From contig CAVYSY010000009.1 of NCBI GenBank assembly GCA_963771175.1, positions 1 through 61,641 of the forward strand: a stretch of DNA of 61,641 nt, given 5' to 3'. This DNA is from an uncultured delta proteobacterium. Its GTDB lineage: Bacteria; Myxococcota; Myxococcia; Myxococcales; Myxococcaceae. Below are positions 1 through 12,029 of this stretch, one piece after another. The notes beneath the pieces are model-generated. The model searched no databases. It was not told where the DNA came from and saw only the letters and a program-made list of their open reading frames with translations. Every line of letters starts with the position of its first letter. Within the stretch, counting starts at the first letter, position 1. Position numbers and translations under genes: made by a program.

Positions 1-373
1 CGGGGTGGGCATCGGGGGACAGGTGCTCCGGCGAGTAGCGCTTCGCCAGGCGGAAGAAGGCGCCACGCAGCTCCTCCAGCGGGGCGTCCGGCTTCACGCC
101 GAAGACCTGGTGGGCCGGGGCGTTGCGCAGGTTGTTCACCTGCAGCCGCAGGCGCTCGGCCTGTTGCTGATCGGCGGCGGGGTTGCTCTTGCTGGCCGCG
201 GCGAGCAGGTCCCTCACCTCGTTGAAGTTCTCGATGGGCTCCCACGCGGTGCCGTCACGCGAGGCGCGGGTGACGGCCTTGAGCCGCCCCGAGCCGATGA
301 GGTCACGCAACGCCTGGAGCGTCAGGGGCCCCAGCACGCGACCAAGGGAGTCTCCAATCCAGTAGCTCGACAT
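1..373 (-). CDS. Partial protein (runs off window) with GYF_2-like N-terminus and degenerate DnaJ/J-domain
   Basis: Not in the ORF track. My translation from ATG 373 (RBS GAGGAGG): MSSYWIGDSLGRVLGPLTLQALRDLIGSGRL...PAHQVFGVKPDAPLEELRGAFFRLAKRYSPEHLSPDAHP. J-domain helix pattern with SPE where HPD is expected. Confidence 0.75.
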   Translation of the reverse strand, partial: MSSYWIGDSLGRVLGPLTLQALRDLIGSGRLKAVTRASRDGTAWEPIENFNEVRDLLAAASKSNPAADQQQAERLRLQVNNLRNAPAHQVFGVKPDAPLEELRGAFFRLAKRYSPEHLSPDAHP

Positions 374-388
374 GCGCCTCCTCGGGAG

Positions 389-766
389 TCAGTGGGCCAG
401 GGCCTGCCGGACGGCGTGGGCGATCTCCAACGGGTGGAAGGGCTTGCCGACGAAGCCCACCGCCCCGGCGGACATCGCCTGCTCCACCACCGGCTCGGCA
501 TCCATGCTGCTGATGATGAGCACCCGCGTATCCGGAGACGACTCCTTGAGGGCGGCCAGCACCTCCAGCCCGCTGCGCCGGGGCATGAAGAGGTCCAGCA
601 GCATCACCGCGGGGCGCTCGCGCACGGCCACCTCCAGCCCCTCCTGCCCATCCGAGGCCTCGAGGAGTCGCACCTCGAGACCACTTTCCTGGATGGCGTC
701 CTTGAGGAGGTTGCGGACGAACTTGTCGTCGTCGACGAGCAGCAGGGTGGGGGTAGACATGCTCAT
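389..766 (-). CDS. Single-domain response regulator (CheY-like receiver)
   Basis: LLVDDD, MLLDLFMP (phosphoacceptor Asp), IISS and GFVGKPF receiver motifs. Confidence 0.93.
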   Translation of the reverse strand: MSMSTPTLLLVDDDKFVRNLLKDAIQESGLEVRLLEASDGQEGLEVAVRERPAVMLLDLFMPRRSGLEVLAALKESSPDTRVLIISSMDAEPVVEQAMSAGAVGFVGKPFHPLEIAHAVRQALAH

Positions 767-904
767 GAATGATAGGGCGGCTGGTGCGCGAATGCCCGTG
801 TACCGTGAACGTCAGTACAACGATGAACGCGTGGTGAAAAGCGATGGACGTGAAGTCGACTCACACGGCGCGGAGACGCCTGCTTTTGGAGTAAGGGAGG
901 GAGC

Positions 905-2290
905 ATGTCCACCGACAAGGCCCTGGCCCATTTCGACTCGCGGAAGAACAGCTACCTCGAAGATTTGAAGGAACTGGTGCGCATTCCCAGTGTGTCCTTC
1001 GACGGATTCGATCCCTCCCACGTGCGCGCGAGCGCCGAAGCGACAGCGAGGCTGTTGAAGTCGCGTGGCTTCGAAAACGTGCAGCTCCTGGAGATCGAAG
1101 GCGCGCACCCGTACGTGTACGGCGAGATTTTGAAGGCTCCTGGCAAACCCACGCTGCTGCTGTACGCGCACCATGACGTGCAGCCGGCGGGAGACGCGGC
1201 GGCGTGGAAGAGCCCGCCGTTCGAGCCGCAGGAGCGCGACGGGCGCCTGTTCGGTCGAGGCTCGGCGGACGACAAGGCGGGCATCGTGGTGCACACCTCG
1301 GCGGTGGACGCGTGGCTGAAGGGCACGGGGAGTCTGCCGCTCAACGTGAAGGTCATCATCGAGGGCGAGGAGGAGGTGGGCAGCGACCACCTCGGCACGT
1401 TCCTCCAGAAGCACAAGGCGTTGCTGAAGGCGGACGCCATCGTGCTGACGGACACGACGAACTTCGACACCGGGCTGCCCTCCATCACCACGGCGCTGCG
1501 CGGGCTGGTGACGGTGGACGTGGAGGTGCGCGCGCTCAAGCAGGCGGTGCACTCGGGAATGTGGGGCGGGCCGGTGCCAGACCCCGTCATGGCGCTGTGC
1601 CGGATGCTGGCCACGCTGACGAACCCGGACGGCTCCATCGCCATCGAGGGCATCTACGACCAGGTGCGCCCGCTCAGCGAGGCCGAGCGCAAGAGCATCC
1701 AGTCGCTGCCGGGCGACGCGGAGTACTTCAAGCAGCAGGCGGGCATGGTGCCGGGGGCGCAGATGCTGGGCGGGCGCCACCCGTGGGAGATGAACTGGCG
1801 GCAGCCGGCGCTGTCCATCAACGCCATCCAGGCCAGCAGCCGCAAGGACGCGCGCAACATCATCTGCGACACGGCGTGGGCTCGCGTGGGCATCCGCGTC
1901 GTCCCCGACATGGACGCGCAGGACGTACAGCAGCGGCTGGTGGAGCACCTGAAGAAGGTGCTGCCCTGGGGGCTGGAGCTGCACATCAAGGCGGACCCGC
2001 CGGCGGGCCCCTGGTTCACGGACATTTCGCATCCCGCGTTCCAGGCGGCGTTCCGGGCGCTGCGCAAGGGCTACGGCACGGAGCCGGTGGCCATTGGATG
2101 CGGCGCGTCGATTCCCTTCGTGGAGCCGTTCGCCAAGGAACTGGGCGGCGTGCCGGCGCTGCTCATCGGCGTGGAGGATCCGTACACGAACGCGCACTCG
2201 GAGAACGAGAGCCTGCACCTGGGGGATTGGGACAAGGCGGTGCGCAGCGCCATCCACCTGTACGAGGAGCTGGCGAAGGACCTGAAGTAG
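905..2290 (+). CDS. M20/M25/M40 family metallo-dipeptidase
   Basis: [25 protein letters not shown] and NAHSENE motifs; good RBS. Confidence 0.93.
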   Translation: MSTDKALAHFDSRKNSYLEDLKELVRIPSVSFDGFDPSHVRASAEATARLLKSRGFENVQLLEIEGAHPYVYGEILKAPGKPTLLLYAHHDVQPAGDAAAWKSPPFEPQERDGRLFGRGSADDKAGIVVHTSAVDAWLKGTGSLPLNVKVIIEGEEEVGSDHLGTFLQKHKALLKADAIVLTDTTNFDTGLPSITTALRGLVTVDVEVRALKQAVHSGMWGGPVPDPVMALCRMLATLTNPDGSIAIEGIYDQVRPLSEAERKSIQSLPGDAEYFKQQAGMVPGAQMLGGRHPWEMNWRQPALSINAIQASSRKDARNIICDTAWARVGIRVVPDMDAQDVQQRLVEHLKKVLPWGLELHIKADPPAGPWFTDISHPAFQAAFRALRKGYGTEPVAIGCGASIPFVEPFAKELGGVPALLIGVEDPYTNAHSENESLHLGDWDKAVRSAIHLYEELAKDLK

Positions 2291-2308
2291 CCGCTCCGAA
2301 ACGACGAA

Positions 2309-2336
2309 GCCCCCGGGAGGCATGCCTCCCAGGGGC
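2309..2336. terminator. GC-rich hairpin between convergent genes
   Basis: gccccc-GGGAGGCA/TGCCTCCC-aggggc palindrome just after the dipeptidase stop; no U-tract. Confidence 0.5.
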
Positions 2337-2357
2337 CTGTTCAAGGTTGGGCGGGCT

Positions 2358-2807
2358 CTACTTCTTCGCCGTGTTGCCGAGCTGCGCCACCGCGGCCATC
2401 ACCCAGTCCTTGATGGACGCGGTCTCGAAGGGGGAGGCCTCGCGCTGGGGGTGCTTCTTCTCGAAGTAGTTCACGGCGGCGATACCCATGGCGAAGGCGG
2501 TGCCTCCGCTCGCCGCGCCCTTGAGGAGCCACCCGGCGACGGGAATCCAGCCCACCGTCTCGCCCACGATCGCGGTGGCCGTCTTGCGCGCGATGATGCC
2601 CGCGCCGAGCGTGGGGATGAGCGCGAGCGCCTCGCCGAGCGTGAGCTTCTCTCCGTAGATGCCGGCCACGTGGTAGATCATGTAGGCCTCGATGGCCGAC
2701 GTGACCGCCGTGTGCGCGCCGGGCACTGGAATCGGAATGGCCGCCGCGCCCGCCGCACGCAGCGCGCTCTCCTCGACCCAGCCTCGTGCCGCCTTCTCCG
2801 CGTTCAT
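2358..2807 (-). CDS. Small hydrophobic DUF697/YcjF-C-like protein
   Basis: AAAIPIPVPG...MIYHVAGIYG...WIPVAGW pattern typical of DUF697-type proteins. Confidence 0.6.
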   Translation of the reverse strand: MNAEKAARGWVEESALRAAGAAAIPIPVPGAHTAVTSAIEAYMIYHVAGIYGEKLTLGEALALIPTLGAGIIARKTATAIVGETVGWIPVAGWLLKGAASGGTAFAMGIAAVNYFEKKHPQREASPFETASIKDWVMAAVAQLGNTAKK

Positions 2808-2859
2808 GGGTATCCCCCTCGGGTGGAACTCGTGGGGAGCACCTTACCGGAAGTCCTGC

Positions 2860-4056
2860 TCAGCTTCCCTCGCCCTTTCCCTCTTCCGAGGGGGCAGGGG
2901 TCTTCGGCGCGGGCGGGACTCCCTTGCCGGCGTAGGCCACCACCGTCACCTCCGAGGTGTCGTCCAGCCCGAGCCCGTCGCCCTTCGCCTCCGTGTTCGT
3001 CACCGAGATGACGTCCCCCCGGTGCAGCTTGAAGAAGCGCTCGTTCTTCTCCGTGCGGTGCTTCTCCTGCAGCGCCAGCCCCACGCGGCCCTCCGGCCCG
3101 CAGCCGATGAAGCGCTGCCGCCCCTTGCCCTCGAGCGACTCGGACACGATGCGGAAGAGGCGCTCCGGCCTCGGCTCCGGCCAGCCCTCGCCCTTGGGGG
3201 CCAGCATCAGGTAGCTCATCTTCAGCGACTCCTTGTGGAGCCCCGCCGCCTTCGCGATCTCCTCCACCACCCGGGGCACCGGCCAGTCGCGCTCCGCGTG
3301 GCACCAGTCGCTCTCCTTCACCAGCGCGGGGCACGCCCCCCGGTACATGCACGGCGCGCGGATGGCGTAGCCCTTCTCCACCATCGCGTCCCGCACCTTC
3401 AGCAGCAGCCGGGACGTCTCGCGCAGCGCGGGCTCCAGCACCAGCAGGCTCCCGCCCGGCTTCACCTGCGCCAGCACCTGCTCCAGCAGCGCCGCGCGGG
3501 GCTTCACCGCCTCGTCTCCCGAGCCGTACAGCTCGTTGAGGACGTGGCCCATGGTGATGAGGTCGTACTTGCCCTCGGGCGGAGCGGCCTTGCTCGTCGG
3601 GTCCCACTCCCGGGTGGCGAGCGCCTCGCCCGCCTCCGCCGCGAGCGACCGGGCGAGCGTCAGCGCCGGCTTGCTCCGGTCCGCGGCCGTCACCTCGGCG
3701 GCGCCCGCGTCCAGCGCGGCGAAGGCCATCGGGCCCGGGCCGCTCCCCAGGTCCAGCACGCTGCGCGGCCGGTTGGGCAGCTCCCCCAGGGCCTCGCGGG
3801 CCTGGGCATAGGAGACGGGCCAGTAGAAGAGCAGGTAGGCACCCAGCAGCTTCGGGTCGTCCATGTACCGCGCCCCGGCCAGCTTCCGGTCGCGCGTCAG
3901 GCCGAGCGAGAGCTGCTTCACGCCCGCTCCCACCTCCTTCACCTCCTGGGGCGTCAGGCGGGTCTCCGGCCCGTCTCCCCGGTTGCGCGCCGCGCGCCAC
4001 ACGGCGATCAGCCGCGGTATCCACCGCTCCAGGTCCTTGCCGTAAGCGCCACTCAT
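2860..4056 (-). CDS. Rsm22/METTL17-like SAM-dependent methyltransferase
   Basis: AYLLFYWP, VLDLGSGPG, HVLNEL, LLVLEPA and the APCMYRGAC..WCH Cys motif. Confidence 0.85.
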   Translation of the reverse strand: MSGAYGKDLERWIPRLIAVWRAARNRGDGPETRLTPQEVKEVGAGVKQLSLGLTRDRKLAGARYMDDPKLLGAYLLFYWPVSYAQAREALGELPNRPRSVLDLGSGPGPMAFAALDAGAAEVTAADRSKPALTLARSLAAEAGEALATREWDPTSKAAPPEGKYDLITMGHVLNELYGSGDEAVKPRAALLEQVLAQVKPGGSLLVLEPALRETSRLLLKVRDAMVEKGYAIRAPCMYRGACPALVKESDWCHAERDWPVPRVVEEIAKAAGLHKESLKMSYLMLAPKGEGWPEPRPERLFRIVSESLEGKGRQRFIGCGPEGRVGLALQEKHRTEKNERFFKLHRGDVISVTNTEAKGDGLGLDDTSEVTVVAYAGKGVPPAPKTPAPSEEGKGEGS

Positions 4057-4127
4057 CCGCTCCTGCCTTCCCGAATCCAAGTTCTGGGGGTCGCCTCTTT
4101 CGAGCAACCGCGTTAAACCCTGTCCGA

Positions 4128-5123
4128 ATGATTTCCGTCCGAGACCTGCGCAAGCACTACCAGGTCCACAAGCGCCCGCCCGGCCTCATGGCCGCCCTCC
4201 GCTCCGTCGTCCACCGTACCTACACCACCGTGAAGGCCGTGGATGGCATCTCTTTCGAGATCAAACCCGGGGAGCGCGTCGGCTTCCTGGGGCCCAACGG
4301 CGCCGGGAAGACCACCACCCTCAAGGTGCTGTCCGGTCTGCTCCACCCGTCGAGCGGCGAGGTGCTGGTGGATGGCCACGTTCCCCGCCACCGGGAGGAC
4401 GCGTTCCTCAAGAAGATCATGCTGGTGATGGGGCAGAAGCAGCAGCTCCTGTGGGACCTGCCGCCCTCCGAGACCTTCGAGCTCAACCGCGCCATCTACG
4501 ACGTCCCCCGGGCCCAGTACAAGCAGACGCTGGACGAGCTGGTGACGCTGCTGGAGCTGGAGGACCTCATCGGCAAGCCGACGCGGCAGCTCTCGCTGGG
4601 CGAGCGGATGAAGTGCGAGCTGGCCGCGGCGCTCATCCACCGCCCGAAGGTGCTCTTCCTGGACGAGCCCACCATCGGCCTGGACGTGTCCATGCAGGCC
4701 ACCATGCGGACCTTCATCAAGTCCTACAACGAGCGGAACGGGGCCACGCTCATCCTCACCAGCCACTACATGGACGACGTGGCGGCGCTGTGCCCGCGCG
4801 TCATCGTCATCGACAAGGGCCAGCTCTCGTATGACGGGGGCCTGGACGCTCTGGTGCAGCGGGTGCGGCCGGAGAAGCGGGTGGTGCTGCGCCTGAACCG
4901 CCCGGTGGACGCGGCCACCCTGGCGCCGTTGGGCAAGGTGGTGACGCACGACAACGCCACCGCGGTGCTGCAGGTGCCGCAGGACGCCGTGAACACCACC
5001 GTCAGTCGGGCGCTCTCGAACCTGCCGGTGCAGGACCTGACGGTGGAGAACGCGCCGCTGGAGGAGGTCATGAGCGAGCTGTTCGCCGAGAGCAAGGCAC
5101 ACCGGGGGGCGGTGGGCGCATGA
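4128..5123 (+). CDS. ABC transporter ATP-binding protein
   Basis: Walker A GPNGAGKTT, LSLGE signature, FLDEPT, TSH. Confidence 0.95.
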   Translation: MISVRDLRKHYQVHKRPPGLMAALRSVVHRTYTTVKAVDGISFEIKPGERVGFLGPNGAGKTTTLKVLSGLLHPSSGEVLVDGHVPRHREDAFLKKIMLVMGQKQQLLWDLPPSETFELNRAIYDVPRAQYKQTLDELVTLLELEDLIGKPTRQLSLGERMKCELAAALIHRPKVLFLDEPTIGLDVSMQATMRTFIKSYNERNGATLILTSHYMDDVAALCPRVIVIDKGQLSYDGGLDALVQRVRPEKRVVLRLNRPVDAATLAPLGKVVTHDNATAVLQVPQDAVNTTVSRALSNLPVQDLTVENAPLEEVMSELFAESKAHRGAVGA

Positions 5124-5923
5124 GCGCGCGCAGCACGTTGCGTGCCCTGCCCACGCTGTTGCGGGTGGGCCTCGCCGAGGCGGTGGCCTACCGGGCGGAG
5201 ATGTTCGTGTGGGTGCTGTCCACCACCATGCCGCTCATCATGTTGGCGCTGTGGACGGCGGTGGCCCGGGAGGCGCCGGTGGGCCGCTATGGCACCCAGG
5301 ACTTCGTGCGCTACTTCCTGGCCGCCTTCGTGGTGCGGCAGATGACGGGCGCCTGGGCGGCGTGGATGATCAACTACGAGGTGCGCCAGGGCACGCTGGC
5401 CATGCGCCTGCTGCGCCCCATCTCGCCGCTGTGGAGCTATGCGGCGGAGAACATCGGCGCCTTCCCCATGCGGCTGTTCGTGGTGGTGCCGGTGGCGAGC
5501 TTCGCGGTGTACACGGTGGGCTGGCAGGCCGTGCCCCAGACGGCGTGGGGCTGGGCCTTCTTCCTCGTGTCGCTCATGGGCGGGTGGCTCATCACCTTCC
5601 TGGCCAACGTGGCCATCGGCACGCTGAGCCTCTACATGGAGAGCAGCACCAAGCTGATGGACGTGTGGCTGGCGCTCTTCTTCGTGTGCTCCGGCTACCT
5701 GTACCCGGTGGAGCTCTTCCCGCCCGTGCTGCGAACCCTGATGGACTGGCTGCCCTTCCGCTACCAGATCGGCCTGCCGGTGGAGTTGATGACGAACGCG
5801 CACGGGTTGGGCGAGGCGCTCGGGCTGCTGGCTCGCCAGTGGCTGTGGGTGGGGTTGATGTTGCTCATCAGCCTGGGACTCTGGAAGCGGGGCCTCAAGC
5901 GCTTCGCGGCTTTTGGAGGGTAG
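5120..5923 (+). CDS. ABC-2 type permease
   Basis: Multi-TM; ATGA overlap with the ATPase; 'GTLAMRLLRP' motif. Confidence 0.88.
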   Translation: MSARSTLRALPTLLRVGLAEAVAYRAEMFVWVLSTTMPLIMLALWTAVAREAPVGRYGTQDFVRYFLAAFVVRQMTGAWAAWMINYEVRQGTLAMRLLRPISPLWSYAAENIGAFPMRLFVVVPVASFAVYTVGWQAVPQTAWGWAFFLVSLMGGWLITFLANVAIGTLSLYMESSTKLMDVWLALFFVCSGYLYPVELFPPVLRTLMDWLPFRYQIGLPVELMTNAHGLGEALGLLARQWLWVGLMLLISLGLWKRGLKRFAAFGG

Positions 5924-5927
5924 GGAC

Positions 5928-6719
5928 ATGCTGCGCCGCTACCTGCGCCTGCTCGGCGTCCAGCTCCGCGCCTCCAGCCTGCTCGCGCTGCAGTACCGCG
6001 GGGACTTCGTCATCGAGGGCATCATCTCCCTCTTCTGGACGGCCACCGCACTGGCTCCCCTCTTCGTCGTCTTCCGCGATCGTCAGTCCATCGCCGGGTG
6101 GAGCTTTGGCGAGGCGCTGCTGGTCATCGGGTGGTTCACCCTGCTGCAGGGGATTCTGGAGGGCGCCATCAACCCCAGCCTCACCGGCGTGGTGGAGCAC
6201 ATCCGCAAGGGGACGCTGGACTTCGTGCTGCTCAAGCCCGCGGACGCGCAGTTCCTGGTGTCCACCGCGCGCTTCCTCCCGTGGCGCTCCATCAACGTGC
6301 TGGCGGGGATCGGCCTCTTCGTCTACGGCTTCCATCTGATCGGACGCCCTCCGTCCCTGTTGGGGCTGCTGGCCTCGCTGGTGCTGCTGGGCACGAGCGT
6401 GCTGCTGCTCTACTCGCTGTGGATTCTGACGGTGGCCGCGGCCTTCTACGTGGTGAAGGTGGACAACCTGACGTACTTCTTCACGTCCATCTTCGACGCG
6501 GCGCGCTGGCCGGCCTCGGTGTTCCGCGGGGTGCTGGCCTTCGTCTTCACCTTCGTGATTCCCCTGGCGGTGATGACCACCTTCCCGGCGCAGGCCATGC
6601 TGGGACGGCTGCCGATGGCGTCGCTGGTGTGGGCGGTGGTCGGCTCCATCCTCTTCGCCTTCGTGTCGCGCCGGGTGTGGCTGCACTCCATCGGCCACTA
6701 CACCTCCGCGAGTAGCTGA
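5928..6719 (+). CDS. ABC-2 type permease (DUF990-like)
   Basis: Multi-TM; 'IRKGTLDFVLLKPAD' motif; third gene of the operon. Confidence 0.88.
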   Translation: MLRRYLRLLGVQLRASSLLALQYRGDFVIEGIISLFWTATALAPLFVVFRDRQSIAGWSFGEALLVIGWFTLLQGILEGAINPSLTGVVEHIRKGTLDFVLLKPADAQFLVSTARFLPWRSINVLAGIGLFVYGFHLIGRPPSLLGLLASLVLLGTSVLLLYSLWILTVAAAFYVVKVDNLTYFFTSIFDAARWPASVFRGVLAFVFTFVIPLAVMTTFPAQAMLGRLPMASLVWAVVGSILFAFVSRRVWLHSIGHYTSASS

Positions 6720-6859
6720 TTCACGAGGAGCGCCGCGGGCGGGAAAATCGGCGGAAAATCCCCCCGCAACCAACGCGGACCCGCCGGGTTTGAGGGAAAC
6801 GAACGGGGCGCACGACGCCCTGGCTACGAAGCAATCCCTCACAATCCAAAGGAGCGGTC

Positions 6860-7987
6860 ATGCGTCTGAGCAAGTCGATGATGCTGGGTGCGGTGCTTTT
6901 CGCGGCGGCGTGTGGTGGCGGTCAGGTGGAGGACACGGAGTACGTGGAGGCCACGCCGGACCTCACGGGCACGTCGCTGGAGATCAACGGTGACGTCCTC
7001 GACGAGGGCGCGAAGCTGACCGCCGAGGACTTCACCGGTGCGTACGCAGCCGCGCTCGGCACCGAGGGGCCGGAGTTCCTGCAGGGCGCGCGCATGCAGG
7101 TGAAGGCCCTCAACGCCGCCCTCAAGGAGGCCGTCACCCGCATCGTCGAGCTGACCAACGGTGACCTGAAGGAGGCGCAGAAGGGCGACGTGATGGTGTA
7201 CGGCCCGAAGGACTCGGCCAACGCCACCTTCCGGCTGCAGGTGAAGAAGACGGGCGACAAGCGCTTCGCGTGGAAGCTGGAGGCCCGGCCGCTGGGCAGC
7301 ACGGATGACACGGCCTGGAAGCTGGTGGGCGCGGGCCGGCTCGCCAAGGGCGAGGTGGCGCACCGGGGCCGGGGCACCCTGGCCCTCAACCTGGACAACC
7401 TCAAGGCGGTGGCGCCGAACACCACCGGCCAGGGCAAGCTGATTGCCTCCTTCGCCCACACCGCAGGCGAGGACAAGGCGGTGTCCTACCGGCTGGTGGG
7501 CTTCACCCCGAACCTGACCAACCACGAGCCCGTCACGGGCGCCTTCGTGGGCTACCGGCTGCTGCCCTCGCGCGTCACCGGTATCCGCGTCATGGGCAAG
7601 TGGAACCTGGGCAACACGGCGACCGCCGAGAAGGAGAACGTCATCAGCCGCATCCGCTTCCGTCCGGGCATCGGCGGCCGCGCGGACGTGCTCGCGACGG
7701 GCGGTGACATCCCGGTCAACCACGCCTTCATCGGCAGTGCGTGCTGGGACGCGCAGGAGCAGGAGGTCTTCAAGGTGGTGCGCGACTGCGTGAAGGGGAC
7801 CGAGGGCCAGCCGGCAAGCTGCACGCTGGTCTTCAAGGAGGGCACCCTCCTCGACTGCAAGCACGCCGACTTCCGCAACGGCGAGGTGGAGGCGCCGGTG
7901 GACAGCCCGAACGACACCACCCAGGAGCCGGGCGCGCCCTCGGAGACGCCGGATGACGTGCCGGCCGACGTGACCGCGGAGTTCTAG
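6860..7987 (+). CDS. Hypothetical lipoprotein
   Basis: Lipobox FAAAC, RBS AAGGAG, strong codon bias. Confidence 0.8.
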   Translation: MRLSKSMMLGAVLFAAACGGGQVEDTEYVEATPDLTGTSLEINGDVLDEGAKLTAEDFTGAYAAALGTEGPEFLQGARMQVKALNAALKEAVTRIVELTNGDLKEAQKGDVMVYGPKDSANATFRLQVKKTGDKRFAWKLEARPLGSTDDTAWKLVGAGRLAKGEVAHRGRGTLALNLDNLKAVAPNTTGQGKLIASFAHTAGEDKAVSYRLVGFTPNLTNHEPVTGAFVGYRLLPSRVTGIRVMGKWNLGNTATAEKENVISRIRFRPGIGGRADVLATGGDIPVNHAFIGSACWDAQEQEVFKVVRDCVKGTEGQPASCTLVFKEGTLLDCKHADFRNGEVEAPVDSPNDTTQEPGAPSETPDDVPADVTAEF

Positions 7988-8046
7988 TCTGGAGCGCCGG
8001 GATGCCCACCGTGGCTGTCCTGGCGCTCGCCGTTCGTCCCCGCGGC

Positions 8047-8436
8047 TCACTCGGGCACGATGGCGTCGGCTTCGATCTCCACCAGCATGGCCGGGTCGAT
8101 GAGCCGGCTCACCTGCACCATGGAGGTGGCGGGCCGGATGGTGCTGAAGAACTCGCCATGGGCCCGGCCCACCTCGTCCCAGCGCGAGATGTCCGTCACG
8201 TACATGCGGGTGCGGACCACGTCCTCCATCCGGGCGCCCATGGCCTCGAGCGCTGACTGGATGTTGCGCAGGGACTGGACGGCCTGGGCATAGGCATCTC
8301 CCTTGCCCACCACGTTGCCGGCCGCATCGGTGGCGGTGGTGCCGGAGACGGAGATGAAGGGGCCCACGCGGACGGCTCGGGAGTAGCCCACGCGGGGCTC
8401 CCAGGTGGTACCGGTCGAGTAGGTGGTGCGCTGCAT
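8047..8436 (-). CDS. RidA/YjgF family protein
   Basis: [29 protein letters not shown]. Confidence 0.92.
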   Translation of the reverse strand: MQRTTYSTGTTWEPRVGYSRAVRVGPFISVSGTTATDAAGNVVGKGDAYAQAVQSLRNIQSALEAMGARMEDVVRTRMYVTDISRWDEVGRAHGEFFSTIRPATSMVQVSRLIDPAMLVEIEADAIVPE

Positions 8437-8467
8437 GGTGGCTCCCTGGAGGAAAAGGGCGGGACGA

Positions 8468-8501
8468 CCCTCACCCTAACCCTCCCAGCGGGAGAGGGGA
8501 C
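8468..8501. repeat. REP-like intergenic palindromic element (CCCTCACCCTAACCCTCCC...GGGAGAGGGG)
   Basis: Imperfect palindrome resembling a common myxobacterial intergenic repeat. Partial look-alikes near 17527, 20115 and 24066. Confidence 0.5.
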
Positions 8502-8623
8502 GCACACGGAGTACGAAAGGGGAGGAGAAGGGGCTCGTTCACCCGGTAGCCCTCCGACGGAACGACCCTGGCGCGTGGAACCCCGCGAAAAAACGCACGC
8601 CCCGTGATAGTTGGCCTCTGATT

Positions 8624-10248
<1,625 letters not shown>

Positions 10249-10263
10249 CCCATTCACCCGCGA

Positions 10264-11814
10264 ATGAGACGCTGGGGCCTCGGCGGCGCGTTCCTCCTCC
10301 TGCTGGTGGGAGCCGTCGCCGTCGTGGGCGGGTGGGCGCAGGGCGGATTGCTCGATGACGCCTACATCTTCTTCCGCTTCGCGGAGAACATCGCCCTCGG
10401 CAATGGGCCCCGCTTCAACCCGAGCGAGCCGCCCGTCGAGGGTTTCACCTCGCCCCTGTGGGTCGGGGTGCTCGCCCTCTTGCGCCTGCTGGGGGGAAAC
10501 CTCGAGCGGGGCGCTCCGCTGCTGGGTGTGTCCCTGGCCGCCGTCGCGGCCCTGACGGCGGGGCTGGCCGCGCGGCCGCGTGAGGGGGGGCGCGTGCTGG
10601 GCGGTCTGCTCTCCTCGGTGCTGCTCGCGCTCACCCCGGCGTACTCCTTCTGGGCCCTCACCGGCATGGACGCGTGCCTCTTCGCGCTCGCGGTGGCGGT
10701 GCTGGTGTTCGTGGTGACGCGGGAGGCGCCGCGGATGGCGCTCCTCGGGCTGGTGGTGGGGCTCGGCGCGTGGGTGCGGCTCGAGATGCTGTACCTGGGA
10801 GCGCTGGTGTTCCTGGTGCGCTGGGCCGTCCTTCGCCCCGACTGGCGGCGGATGCTCCAGGAGGGGAGCCGCTGCCTCGCCACCGTCCTGCTCGTGGTGG
10901 TGCCGCAGTTCCTCTGGCGCTGGCTCACCTTCGGCAAGTGGCTGCCCAACACCTTCCACGCCAAGGTGCCCGGGGCGCTCGACGCGCAGCTCGCCTGGGG
11001 CTCGGAGTACCTCCTGAAGAACGTCCCCTCGCATGCGGGCACGCTCCTGCTCGCGGCGCTGAGCGCCTGGTGGCTGTGGCGGGCGCGTGACCGTATGGGC
11101 CTGGGGCTCCTCGTCTCGGCCGTCGGGTGGCTCGGCTACGTGCTGCTCGTGGGCGGCGACCACTTCGCCTTCGGCCGCTTTCTCGTTCCGGCCATGGTGC
11201 TGGTCCACGCCGCGGCGGCGCGGGCCTTCGTTCTGCTGCTGGAGACGGAGCGTCGCCCGCTCGTGCCAGCCGGGGCGGCGGCGCTCGCCGTGGCGGTGGC
11301 CTCGTTCGGGGCGTTGCGGACCGAGGAGGCCCGCGGCGCGCGCGATGCCGTCCTCATCACCCAGCTCTGGGCGGTCCTGGGGGACTGGCTGCGGTACCAC
11401 GAGCCTCCGGGGACACGCATCGCCACCCCGGTGGCGGGCGCCATTCCCTATCGCAGCGGGATGGAGGCCTTCGACATGCTCGGCCTGGTGACGCCGTCGG
11501 TCATCGAGGAGGGCCGCGTCCAGCTCGCGAGCCGGCCGGGCCACCAGCGCTACAGCCTGGACGCCTTCTTCCGCTACCAACCCGACCTGTTGTTGTTCCC
11601 CACCTCGGGGCAGTTCGACGAGCCACTGAAGGCGAAGCTCCTCGACATCGATCCCGAGTACTTCTACAGCATCGGCGCGGTGCTTCGGGATCCGCGCATG
11701 GGCCGGGGTTACGTGGGCAAGGCCTACCGCCTCTCCAACGGAACCTGGGTCGAGCTCATGCGGAGGAAGGGGCACGGGGACGCGGGCGGCGCGAGTGCAC
11801 GGCAGCATCCCTGA
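10264..11814 (+). CDS. Polytopic membrane GT-C-type glycosyltransferase (AftB-like)
   Basis: DDAYIFFRFAEN..G.GP.FN...VEGFTSPLW, LPNTFHAK, GGD...RF and DMLGL motifs; many TM helices. Confidence 0.75.
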   Translation: MRRWGLGGAFLLLLVGAVAVVGGWAQGGLLDDAYIFFRFAENIALGNGPRFNPSEPPVEGFTSPLWVGVLALLRLLGGNLERGAPLLGVSLAAVAALTAGLAARPREGGRVLGGLLSSVLLALTPAYSFWALTGMDACLFALAVAVLVFVVTREAPRMALLGLVVGLGAWVRLEMLYLGALVFLVRWAVLRPDWRRMLQEGSRCLATVLLVVVPQFLWRWLTFGKWLPNTFHAKVPGALDAQLAWGSEYLLKNVPSHAGTLLLAALSAWWLWRARDRMGLGLLVSAVGWLGYVLLVGGDHFAFGRFLVPAMVLVHAAAARAFVLLLETERRPLVPAGAAALAVAVASFGALRTEEARGARDAVLITQLWAVLGDWLRYHEPPGTRIATPVAGAIPYRSGMEAFDMLGLVTPSVIEEGRVQLASRPGHQRYSLDAFFRYQPDLLLFPTSGQFDEPLKAKLLDIDPEYFYSIGAVLRDPRMGRGYVGKAYRLSNGTWVELMRRKGHGDAGGASARQHP

Positions 11815-12029
11815 TGAGGAACCTTCCTCGCGCCCAAGCCCGACCGGCAGTGAGCAGTGCGCCCCCTCCTTCTCCATGATGGGAGACAGCTCCGGTTTCG
11901 CGAAGAGGCCCGGAGTGTCAGGCGCAAAGGGGCTTTCTGGGCGCTCCGTTACCTCTTGGGGCAGGTCCCTTGATGGGGTCCGTTCCCATGCCGAGCTTCA
12001 TTGTAGGTGTAAGGGCGAGGAGGGGGTCC

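Noticed and set aside
11880..11945. Hairpin plus GCAAA resembling a c-di-GMP riboswitch
   Set aside because: It lacks the two-stem GEMM architecture and conserved core as far as I can see.
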